From the NCBI GenBank assembly GCA_964433905.1, contig CAYSSM010000001.1:60246-124245 (forward strand): a stretch of 64,000 nt of DNA, given 5' to 3'. Both the position numbers and the translations under genes were made by a program. Under the pieces are notes generated by a model. That model made no database searches and was not told where the DNA came from. It worked only from the letters and a program-made list of their open reading frames with translations. The DNA comes from an uncultured Candidatus Saccharibacteria bacterium. Lineage in GTDB: Bacteria; Patescibacteriota; UBA1384; UBA12157; JAENIV01. Below are positions 18,401 to 26,447 of the stretch, piece by piece (position 1 is the first letter of the stretch; each line of letters begins with the position of its first letter).

Positions 18401-19173
18401 TTTTTAGCTTTTTTTGCTTTGGCAATTTTGATACTTTTTTTAGGAAGTTTTTTCTCAGGTGTTTTAACTTCCTCGGCTATTTGGCAGGCTTGACCGACGA
18501 GACTAAAATGTTCGACTAAAATTTGTGCTGCTGTTCCTAATGCTTTTTCCGGATCCAACGAACCATCAGTGGTAATTTCCATCGTCAGTTTGTCGAAATT
18601 GGTTTGACCGCCAACACGGGTGTTTTCAACTTCATAATGGACTTTTTTCACCGGTGTATAAATTGAATCTATAGCGATAGTGCCAATAGGCAATTTTTCG
18701 TCTTTTCTTTGCTCTAAAGGAATATAACCGCGACCCTTGTCGACAATAATTTCCATGGTAAGTTTTGCCCCTTTGCCTAAAGTTGCAATGTGAGCATCAG
18801 TGTTAACAACTTCACAAGCGGCATTTTTATCAAAATCTGCCGCAGTAACATTTTTAGGGCCTTTAATATCTAATTTTAATTTTGCCGGCTCTTCGGAATT
18901 GAAACGGAATCTTAATGATTTTAAATTTAAGATAATTTCAATATAATCTTCTTTGACTCCTGGTATGGCCATAAATTGATGGGTAATCCCCTCAATTTTA
19001 ACTGAATTAATCGCTGAGCCCTCAAGCGATGACAAAAGCACCCTTCTTAATGAGTTTCCAATAGTTACACCGTAACCGGGCGATAATGGCTCAATTTGAA
19101 ATGTGCCACGGTTATCGACCTTTTCTAAAGTTTTAATTTGTAATAAGCTTGTCTCTTGAAGTGTATAATCCAT
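18397..19173 (-). CDS. rpoA: DNA-directed RNA polymerase alpha subunit, NTD only (258 aa); no recognisable alpha-CTD.
   Basis: FQIEPLSPGYGVTIGNSLRRVLLSSLEGSA is the alpha-NTD. The protein ends in a short Lys-rich tail. Confidence 0.85.
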   Translation of the reverse strand: MDYTLQETSLLQIKTLEKVDNRGTFQIEPLSPGYGVTIGNSLRRVLLSSLEGSAINSVKIEGITHQFMAIPGVKEDYIEIILNLKSLRFRFNSEEPAKLKLDIKGPKNVTAADFDKNAACEVVNTDAHIATLGKGAKLTMEIIVDKGRGYIPLEQRKDEKLPIGTIAIDSIYTPVKKVHYEVENTRVGGQTNFDKLTMEITTDGSLDPEKALGTAAQILVEHFSLVGQACQIAEEVKTPEKKLPKKSIKIAKAKKAKK

Positions 19174-19217
19174 ACTGCCTCCGCGATGAGATGTAACTCA
19201 TCGTAATTAATATTTTA

Positions 19218-19808
19218 TTATCTTCGATAAAACTCAATAATCAATTGTTCGTCTAAGTCCGTATCAATCTCGGTCCGTAACGGAACGTGATCAACAAGCG
19301 CTTCCGTTTTTTTACCTTCGGCTTTCAACCATTTTGGGACAGTTACTTTTGTCACTTTTATATCATCGGATTTTTTTGGTGTAATTTTATCATGTGGTTT
19401 TAAAACCATTGAAGAGATGTTGCTTGGTTGGTCATTAATCATTATTTTTCGATGGCTGATTAATTGTTTGGCCTGTGTTCTGGATACCGCCCAACCTAAT
19501 CTGTAAAGAATATTGTCGAATCTTAATTCAAGCAGTTTCAATAATTCCTCGCCGGTTTGTTCGCGCGATTTAGAGGCGTTATTGAATATCTTGGCGAATT
19601 CCCGCTCTCTTAAGCCATATTCGGCTTTTGCTTTCTGCTTTTCTTGCATTTGACGTCCATACTCTGATTTTCTTGGATTTTGATTTTTAGCGCCGTGATC
19701 ACCAGGCAAATAATTTCTTCGAGTGAATGCGCATTTAGGACTGGTGCAACGAACACCTTTTAAAAATAATTTAGTTCCATGCTTTCGACAAAGACTACAT
19801 TTATCCAT
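19218..19808 (-). CDS. rpsD: Ribosomal protein S4.
   Basis: CSLCRKHGTKLFLKG is the N-terminal zinc-knuckle region of S4. Confidence 0.9.
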   Translation of the reverse strand: MDKCSLCRKHGTKLFLKGVRCTSPKCAFTRRNYLPGDHGAKNQNPRKSEYGRQMQEKQKAKAEYGLREREFAKIFNNASKSREQTGEELLKLLELRFDNILYRLGWAVSRTQAKQLISHRKIMINDQPSNISSMVLKPHDKITPKKSDDIKVTKVTVPKWLKAEGKKTEALVDHVPLRTEIDTDLDEQLIIEFYRR

Positions 19809-20191
19809 CAGACTCTCCTTGCTTTTTTGGGTCGGGTGCCGTTATGCGGAACCGGTGTAGTATCTTTAATCTGAGTAACCTTAATTCCTTGTCCACCTAT
19901 TGCTCTGACTGCGGATTCACGACCTGAACCAACGCCAGATATCATTACAACGGCTTCAGTGATACTGTATGGACCTGCTTTTTCTAAAGCTTTTCTGACA
20001 GCAATTTGAGCAGCAAATGGGGTCGATTTTTTAGCACCGCTAAAACCGACTGAGCCAGCCGTAGCCCAAGATAAAGTGTTACCGGAGGCATCAGCGATGG
20101 TTACAATACAATTATTAAAGGATGATTGGATAAAAATAATCGCTTTATCAACCTGTTTAATTTGTTTTTTCTTTTTAATCTGTTTAGCCAT
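19808..20191 (-). CDS. rpsK: Ribosomal protein S11.
   Basis: S11 family; position in the alpha operon. Confidence 0.9.
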   Translation of the reverse strand: MAKQIKKKKQIKQVDKAIIFIQSSFNNCIVTIADASGNTLSWATAGSVGFSGAKKSTPFAAQIAVRKALEKAGPYSITEAVVMISGVGSGRESAVRAIGGQGIKVTQIKDTTPVPHNGTRPKKARRV

Positions 20192-20207
20192 TTTTATACT
20201 CTAAATA

Positions 20208-20594
20208 TTATGTTTTTTCGGCAGATTTTTTGCGACCTGAACCAACGGTAACTCTTTTGCCTCTTTTGGTTCGAGCGTTTGTTCGTGTTCGCTGGCCTCT
20301 GACGGGCAAATTTTTAATATGACGGATTCCTCGATAGGATTTAATTTCCTTAATCCTCTTGATATTTTGACTTACTTCCATACGCAAATCGCCTTCAATT
20401 TTATAATTTTTATCAATAACCTCGCGGATTCTTTCAAGTTCCTGATCTGATAAATCAGCAGTTTTTGTGCCAAGTTTAATGTTGGCTAATTGACATATTT
20501 TCTTTGCTAACGGCAAACCAACACCTTTTAAATAAGAAAGTGAATATTCGATATGTTTATTATCCGGAATATTTATACCAGCAATTCTTGCCAT
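20208..20594 (-). CDS. rpsM: Ribosomal protein S13.
   Basis: N-terminus MARIAGINIPDNKHIEYSLSYLKGVG. Confidence 0.9.
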   Translation of the reverse strand: MARIAGINIPDNKHIEYSLSYLKGVGLPLAKKICQLANIKLGTKTADLSDQELERIREVIDKNYKIEGDLRMEVSQNIKRIKEIKSYRGIRHIKNLPVRGQRTRTNARTKRGKRVTVGSGRKKSAEKT

Positions 20595-20602
20595 ATTTCC
20601 TC

Positions 20603-20716
20603 TTAACCCTGACGCTGCTTATGTTTGGGAGTACTGCAAATTACCCGCAATACTCCATGACGGCGAATTATTTTACATTTTTGACAAATTTTTTTGACCG
20701 ATGGTCTTACTTTCAT
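20603..20716 (-). CDS. rpmJ: Ribosomal protein L36 (37 aa; not in the ORF track).
   Basis: Hand translation of the minus strand gives [37 protein letters not shown]. The stop TAA is at 20603-20605. Confidence 0.85.
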   Translation of the reverse strand: MKVRPSVKKICQKCKIIRRHGVLRVICSTPKHKQRQG

Positions 20717-20772
20717 AAGTATAAATCCTTGGTTGACACCCTGTGGTCTTTGCCACAGGGGGATTTACAAAC
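20717..20772 (-). promoter_or_regulatory. Conserved leader/repeat immediately 5' of rpmJ with a perfect 8-bp hairpin (CCCTGTGG-TCTTTG-CCACAGGG).
   Basis: In sense orientation it reads TTTGTAAATCCCCCTGTGGCAAAGACCACAGGGTGTCAACCAAGGATTTATACTT-ATG. It shares the 15-nt GGATTTATACTTATG context with map. Confidence 0.4.
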
Positions 20773-20849
20773 GCCTCGCTGATAACTAATCTTTCTAATA
20801 ACAAATAGGGTTAGTTATTGGTTTAAATTCGTTATTAGTGAGGAGACGG

Positions 20850-21062
20850 CTACAGTCGTCTAGTTATTCTACCTTTAGTCAAATCGTATGGCGACATTTC
20901 TAATTGAACCCGATCACCGGGCAATATTTTTATGTAATGTAGGCGGATTTTCCCTGAAATGTAAGCTAAGACAATTTGATTATTGTCTAACTCAACTCTA
21001 AAAATAGCATTAGGCAATGCCTCAACGACTTCGCCTTCAAAAATCAATTTTTCTTTTTTCAA
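20850..21062 (-). CDS. infA: Translation initiation factor IF-1.
   Basis: S1-like OB fold: ..[32 protein letters not shown].. Confidence 0.9.
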   Translation of the reverse strand: MKKEKLIFEGEVVEALPNAIFRVELDNNQIVLAYISGKIRLHYIKILPGDRVQLEMSPYDLTKGRITRRL

Positions 21063-21132
21063 TTAACTTCCTCAACTCATCAAATACTGAATAAATTAGT
21101 ATATTTATACATTAATATTATCATAATATCTT

Positions 21133-21966
21133 CTATTCGTCAAGTGTCATGGTGGCGAAAAGTTCATTTTTTCTTACCAATGACAGGATTAAACTTCTTA
21201 AAAAGGGAACTCTCAATTGGCTATGATACTGACTAATAGCCTTTTCCTTGAGTTTCAAATCATCATCGGAAAGTAAGAGTCTTTTCCATTGTTTATCATT
21301 TGTAACTACATCGACAGGTGGCAATAAAAATAAATTTGGACGATATTTTTTAGGTTGAGGGTAGCGATAATCATGAATTAAATATTTGTAAGCTGTAACT
21401 TTACTGTTATTTTTAATAACTTTTTCAACAATTTGGCCGGTTACTGAATGGTCGGGATGGATATCTAAAGGATGGGGATAAGCAATATAATTTGGCTCAA
21501 AATCGTCAATTTGATCTTTAAATAGCTTGTCTAATAATACTTCATCTTTCCCTCTTAATTTTCCGTCAGGCAAGTCTAAAAAGACTAAATTGTCGTTTTT
21601 TACTCCGAGGATACTAGTTGCTTTTCTAAATTCTTCATATCTTTTGACTTCTTTGCCCTGTTTATTACCGTCGGTCACCAAGATGATTTTCACAATTGCT
21701 TCGCGTTTAGTTGCTTCAATAATATAACCACCAACACCGATGGTTTCATCGTCAGGATGAGGAGAAAACACCAATAATTTGTCCCCCTTTTGAGGAACAT
21801 TAATATTATCCAGCAAATAAATAGCAGATTGCGGTAAAACATGGTTAAAACTGGCATAAATAAAGCTTGGAACAAAAAATAAACTTAAAACAATAACGAC
21901 TATTTGAATTTTGCGATTTAAAAATAATTTCTTTACTTTACTCATGGGTAAGAATTTCAACGCCAT
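21133..21966 (-). CDS. PIG-L/LmbE-family N-acetylglucosaminyl deacetylase-like protein with an N-terminal TM anchor.
   Basis: LLVFSPHPDDETIGVGGY is the HPDDE LmbE signature; ..VTDGN.. N-terminal hydrophobic helix. Confidence 0.6.
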   Translation of the reverse strand: MALKFLPMSKVKKLFLNRKIQIVVIVLSLFFVPSFIYASFNHVLPQSAIYLLDNINVPQKGDKLLVFSPHPDDETIGVGGYIIEATKREAIVKIILVTDGNKQGKEVKRYEEFRKATSILGVKNDNLVFLDLPDGKLRGKDEVLLDKLFKDQIDDFEPNYIAYPHPLDIHPDHSVTGQIVEKVIKNNSKVTAYKYLIHDYRYPQPKKYRPNLFLLPPVDVVTNDKQWKRLLLSDDDLKLKEKAISQYHSQLRVPFLRSLILSLVRKNELFATMTLDE

Positions 21967-22684
21967 CTTTTGTTACTGCGATTGTATGTTCAAAATGAGC
22001 CGATAAGGAATTGTCGATTGTTACAACAGTCCAGCCATCGTTAAGTATCTTTACTTTCCAATCGCCAGCTGAGACCATTGGTTCGATGGCCAATGTCATC
22101 CCCTCTTTTAAAACCGGTCCTGTTTTTCTTTTGCCAAAATTTAATATTGATGGTGGTTCTTGTAAATTTGTACCAATGCCATGTCCAGCCAAATCCCGGA
22201 TAATACTGTAATTTGCGCCTTCAATAATTGATTGAATACAATTTTGAATATCACCTAAATAAACTCCGGGTTTAATTTTTGATATGCCTTCGTGAAGCGA
22301 TTCTTTGGTAATTTTTAGCAATTGTTTTTTTTTAAAATCAATTTTACCGATAGCCACGGTGGCAGCGGTGTCGGTGTGATATGATTTCCATAATATTCCA
22401 ATATCAAGACCCAAAAGATCGCCCTCGCGCAAGATTCTGTTCGATGGTATGCCATGGACGACCTCATTGTTAACTGAAGTGCAAATTGTCGCCGGATAAC
22501 CATGATGACCTAAAAAAGATGATTTAGCACCGGATTTCTTAATTTCTTCTGTTGCGATGTTGTCAAGTTCTTTGGTAGTTGTTCCGGGTTTTGAAGCAAC
22601 AGTTAGTATATTTAAAATATGAGCGGCAATTTTACCACCTTCCTTCATAATTTGAATCTCTTTTTCTGTTTTAATCGAAATCAT
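21938..22684 (-). CDS. map: Methionine aminopeptidase type I.
   Basis: MetAP pita-bread fold motifs (..GHGIG.. and ..HFEHT..). Confidence 0.9.
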   Translation of the reverse strand: MISIKTEKEIQIMKEGGKIAAHILNILTVASKPGTTTKELDNIATEEIKKSGAKSSFLGHHGYPATICTSVNNEVVHGIPSNRILREGDLLGLDIGILWKSYHTDTAATVAIGKIDFKKKQLLKITKESLHEGISKIKPGVYLGDIQNCIQSIIEGANYSIIRDLAGHGIGTNLQEPPSILNFGKRKTGPVLKEGMTLAIEPMVSAGDWKVKILNDGWTVVTIDNSLSAHFEHTIAVTKDGVEILTHE

Positions 22685-22803
22685 AAGTATAAATCCATGG
22701 TTAACACCATATGGTCTCGGTCACAGTTCCATATATCTTTCAAAAAATAGTTTTTAATTTATATTAACGCCCTGCGGTCTCTGTCACAAGGGGATTTACA
22801 AAT
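22685..22803 (-). promoter_or_regulatory. Second copy of the rpmJ-type leader upstream of map, split by an insertion with the core duplicated.
   Basis: 22685-22726 AAGTATAAATCCATGGTTAACACCATATGGTCTCGGTCACAG and 22768-22803 ..CCCTGCGGTCTCTGTCACAAGGGGATTTACAAAT compare with 20717-20772. Confidence 0.35.
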
Positions 22804-22809
22804 ATGAAT

Positions 22810-23457
22810 TTATGTGGTTACTTTTTGGATATTTTCCCAAACTTTTTCGATCGAAGGATTGCCATCGACATTAATTAGTGTCCCTTTGTTTTTAAAAAAA
22901 CTAATTAAGGGTAATGTTTGTTGGTTATAAACATCAATTCTTTTTGTCAAAACAGCGAATTGGTCTTCAACGCGCACAACAAGATTGCCGCCACACCGAT
23001 CACACTTGGTTATTCCATTTTTGTTCGGATCTTCAAAAACTGTTTGACACTTGTCACACACTCTCCTTGTTTGCATCCTCAAAACCAACAATTTAGCATC
23101 GACAACCAAATTGATTACTTTAACATTGTTAATATGTTTTTTCGAAAGAATTTTTTCTAAATGCTCAGCCTGGGCGATAGTTCTTGGGTATCCGTCAAAG
23201 ACAACCCCGTGGTCAATTTCGAGTTCATCTACTTTTTTTGCAACAAATTTTTGTACCAATTCCTCTGAAATTAACTTGCCTTTACCTTCATCCCAAACCT
23301 TTTTAAATTCTAAACCTAAGGCAGTGTTCAGCTCTGCTTCCCGGCGCATTAAATCTCCGGTACCAAAATAAACATAATCAAGTTTATCGGCCAATTTACG
23401 GGCTTGCGTACCTTTCCCTGAACCAGGCGGTCCTAATATTATATAATTTTTTAGCAT
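22810..23457 (-). CDS. adk: Adenylate kinase (with a Zn-binding lid).
   Basis: P-loop GPPGSGKGTQ and lid CDKC..CDRCGG. Confidence 0.9.
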   Translation of the reverse strand: MLKNYIILGPPGSGKGTQARKLADKLDYVYFGTGDLMRREAELNTALGLEFKKVWDEGKGKLISEELVQKFVAKKVDELEIDHGVVFDGYPRTIAQAEHLEKILSKKHINNVKVINLVVDAKLLVLRMQTRRVCDKCQTVFEDPNKNGITKCDRCGGNLVVRVEDQFAVLTKRIDVYNQQTLPLISFFKNKGTLINVDGNPSIEKVWENIQKVTT

Positions 23458-23472
23458 AATTTACTCAGAAGT

Positions 23473-24096
23473 TTACGGTGAGGCTGTTGAAGAAGCAATT
23501 GGTGAAGGACTAACCACCGCAGAAGGTGACACATCAACATTTTCTTTTACTGCATCTATTAGCCAGATATTATTTTCTAATATGGTTTTAACTATTCTAT
23601 TAGTTGGATTGTTGGGATAATTTAATACAATCTTTGACTCAACCGTAGATTCGTCAATTTGTTTCGAGGAAGAAATTTGAAAGTCTACCGGTTTTTCCTT
23701 AACGGATAAGAATTGGTTAAGCTGAAGTAAAATATTGGAATAAAATTCACCTTTTTCGTCTTTATAGGTAGCCAATTTGGCTTGAGCAGAAATGGTCAAC
23801 AAGTCTTTAGCTTTACTTCCTTGGATTTTTCCTTCTTCAGTTGAAGAAGAATTACTCCAAAAATCTAAAAAACTTGTTACTACTTTTTCGGATTTTGTTT
23901 TCCATTCGGCTTCGGTAATATTAATATCAGGGCTGGAAGTTACTGCCGAACCGTTAACGATATAGGTTTTATAATACCAAAAACTGCCACCAATTGTCAA
24001 AGCGATAATGACAGCAATCACGAACCATTTTACAACATTACCTTCTGAAGGAATTGGAGACTGGTTATAAGAATTTTGATCCATTATACCTCGCAA
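23473..24096 (-). CDS. Hypothetical single-pass membrane / extracytoplasmic protein.
   Basis: TM helix WFVIAVIIALTIGGSFWYY, then a soluble domain with a Ser/Pro-rich C-terminus. Confidence 0.5.
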   Translation of the reverse strand: MRGIMDQNSYNQSPIPSEGNVVKWFVIAVIIALTIGGSFWYYKTYIVNGSAVTSSPDINITEAEWKTKSEKVVTSFLDFWSNSSSTEEGKIQGSKAKDLLTISAQAKLATYKDEKGEFYSNILLQLNQFLSVKEKPVDFQISSSKQIDESTVESKIVLNYPNNPTNRIVKTILENNIWLIDAVKENVDVSPSAVVSPSPIASSTASP

Positions 24097-24100
24097 AAAA

Positions 24101-24784
24101 TTACTGGGCTGGAATTATCATCTCAATTACCCAAATACCTTTATCGCCCTTCGTGATTGGCTGAATCAATTTTATTAAATATTTGCCATTTTCATTTTCA
24201 GCAATAACTTCGGCTTTGCCGCTATTAGTATCTTTGCTTTTTTGAGTATATGTATCTGTGATTTTCAAGCCGTATACATTTGGACCGTCGGCTCGAGCCG
24301 TATCTTCAGGACTTAAACGAAATTGATTTTTGCCAGTTTCGACAGCCGTTTGCAAGGTAGTCGATTTGCTGTTGTCTATTGTATAAGCAACTTGACCATT
24401 TCTTGGAATAATTAAAACTTGCCCGGCTTGCACTTTATCTTTATCGGTGATACCATTGGCGGCTGATAAATCTGTCAATGTCGTACCGTTTTTTTGAGCA
24501 ATAGCAAAAAGTGTTTCGCCTTGCTGAATGGTGTAAGTATCTGTCGGATGTGACGGTCTTTCATTTGCTGAAGTAGCCTTTGTCACAGTTGAATTATTAT
24601 CGTTCAAAGGCGAACCAGAAAGCACGCCAGTTGAAGAACTATCAGCTGTTTTTGTTTCAGCTGGCACCTTAGTTTCATCATTTTTTGTTGTGCGGCCATT
24701 AAAAAATAAAAATGTCGTACTTGCCGCCAGCAAGGCTACTAAAAAAACTAAGCTATAAAGCAATAATCTTGTTTGTTTAGCCAT
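24101..24784 (-). CDS. LysM domain-containing envelope protein.
   Basis: LysM YTIQQGETLFAIAQKNGTTLTDLSAANGI..GQVLIIP and an N-terminal TM. I chose the start at M9, where upstream TGGGGGTAAAA could serve as an SD. Confidence 0.6.
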   Translation of the reverse strand: MAKQTRLLLYSLVFLVALLAASTTFLFFNGRTTKNDETKVPAETKTADSSSTGVLSGSPLNDNNSTVTKATSANERPSHPTDTYTIQQGETLFAIAQKNGTTLTDLSAANGITDKDKVQAGQVLIIPRNGQVAYTIDNSKSTTLQTAVETGKNQFRLSPEDTARADGPNVYGLKITDTYTQKSKDTNSGKAEVIAENENGKYLIKLIQPITKGDKGIWVIEMIIPAQ

Positions 24785-24798
24785 TTTTACCCCCAATA

Positions 24799-25767
24799 TT
24801 ATTGCCAACCCAAGACTTGATTGCCTTTTTGGATTGGTTTTATTAAATCTTTATCTAATCGAACGATGTAAATTTGCCCTGTTGTATTATTATCGACTTT
24901 ATCTTTGTATTGGGCAGCAATATATGCTAAATTATTGTTCTTTAAATATACGAAATTTGCGATTCCACCACTTATTTCAGCAATTTCTTTTTCATTTTGG
25001 CCGTTTGTATCAATTTCGATTATTTTGGAAGATTTACCATTAAACGATCTTGTTGAAAGAATTATTTTATTGTTCGTAGATGAGATCCAATCAATTATCT
25101 TATTTTCGTAGATTTTAATTTGCGATTTTTCCTTATCGACAAGATCGATTCTATTTAATTCGGCATTATTACCAGACATAACCGAATATAAAATAGCATC
25201 TCCCTGTATATTCCAAGCAAAACTATTTATTTCCGTCTCGGAATTAGTCAAATTCCGGCGATTTTCTCCCGAAAGACTTTCAGTATATAATGTATAACCG
25301 TAGTTTTCTTCCAAATTAGAAAACTTAATATAAGCAATGGTTTTTCCATCTGGCGAAACGAGCCATTTTAGAGGTAACACAAACTCTTTTCTTATGGATT
25401 TAATTTGAGCATTATATAAATCAATGCTTATCAATTCACCTGAAGTTGCGCTTTTATCTTTTGCTACTATTGCCAAAACTTGATTAGACTGGCTAACCAA
25501 GTTTGACAAAGATATGATTTTTTTATTTTCATCAAAATCGGTAAAAACTTTTTTCCTGGCATCCCCATCAGTTTGCCATATTTCAAACGCGCTACCTTTA
25601 TTAGTATAGGTTAAAATTTCTGCAATTTCAGCGGTTTTTAAGGTCTTACTTTCACTAACACTTATTTCTTTAGATGTCTGTTTGTCTAAGTAATTAATAT
25701 TTATATACCAAGACAATCCTCCAATTACCGCCAGAAATAAAATAACAGTAATGATTTTTTGGGCCAT
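24799..25767 (-). CDS. TolB-like PD40 beta-propeller repeat protein with an N-terminal TM.
   Basis: The SPDGKTIAY PD40-type repeat and W..DGD segments recur. N-terminal hydrophobic helix. Confidence 0.5.
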   Translation of the reverse strand: MAQKIITVILFLAVIGGLSWYININYLDKQTSKEISVSESKTLKTAEIAEILTYTNKGSAFEIWQTDGDARKKVFTDFDENKKIISLSNLVSQSNQVLAIVAKDKSATSGELISIDLYNAQIKSIRKEFVLPLKWLVSPDGKTIAYIKFSNLEENYGYTLYTESLSGENRRNLTNSETEINSFAWNIQGDAILYSVMSGNNAELNRIDLVDKEKSQIKIYENKIIDWISSTNNKIILSTRSFNGKSSKIIEIDTNGQNEKEIAEISGGIANFVYLKNNNLAYIAAQYKDKVDNNTTGQIYIVRLDKDLIKPIQKGNQVLGWQ

Positions 25768-25864
25768 ACATATTCACTAATCTTGGTTACAATTACATCA
25801 AAACAAAGTAAGACCTTTAGTTGTTACTTTTAACCATAACTTATTGCCAGAAACATGACTAAGC

Positions 25865-26179
25865 TTATACCTCTGGTGATGTGGTAGCAGAAGGTGATAC
25901 CGATGGTGACGCAGACGGTGATGTCGATGGTGAAGCTGACGGAGAGGCGGATTTAGCTGGCGATGGACTTACGCTAGATTTTACCGTTGGTGATTTGGTC
26001 ACACTCGCGGTTGGTGACGGTGAAGTAGTGGGAGTCGACTTTTTGGAAAAGTTGGTGTAATAATACACACCACCTGCTACCAAGATAACTATCACCAAAA
26101 TGATTAATAGCCATTTTAGTGATCCGCCGCTTTGTGGAGCGGCTGTTGGTGCCGGCATTCCGGGTTGAGGTTGATTCAT
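25865..26179 (-). CDS. Small membrane-anchored protein with a Ser/Pro/Thr-rich low-complexity tail.
   Basis: TM WLLIILVIVILVAGGVYYY followed by (SPS/TSP)n repeats. Confidence 0.45.
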   Translation of the reverse strand: MNQPQPGMPAPTAAPQSGGSLKWLLIILVIVILVAGGVYYYTNFSKKSTPTTSPSPTASVTKSPTVKSSVSPSPAKSASPSASPSTSPSASPSVSPSATTSPEV

Positions 26180-26321
26180 AAAACCCTCCTTATATATTAT
26201 TATAGATGATTAGATGATAGGATCAATAGGGAATCGCCTATTTACCCGTTTATGTTTGTTCTAACCACCTTTTTATTAATATGTATCGTACTGACGCAAT
26301 TAGTAGCTGTGCCTGTAACTA

Positions 26322-26388
26322 GCTTTAATAATTCTCGTAGGATCGCATTAACAACTGTGCCTGTATTTGTCTCATTGTTTCTATTATA
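26322..26388. repeat. Exact 67-bp direct duplicate of the secY 3' end; the second copy is at 26445-26511.
   Basis: GCTTTAATAATTCTCGTAGGATCGCATTAACAACTGTGCCTGTATTTGTCTCATTGTTTCTATTATA is identical in both copies by inspection. A partial third fragment lies at 26305-26320. Confidence 0.8.
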
Positions 26389-26447
26389 TTTTGCCGAAGC
26401 AAAATTCGGAAATAGAAACAATATTTTTCAATAATTAACACTTGGCT

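Noticed and set aside
20736-20741. Plus-strand TTGACA hexamer inside the rpmJ leader repeat.
   Set aside because: There is no downstream plus-strand gene and no matching -10 at proper spacing. It is likely incidental to the repeat sequence.
26252-26434. 60-aa plus-strand ORF.
   Set aside because: It lies across the duplicated secY-3' repeat, is antisense-derived and has no start context.
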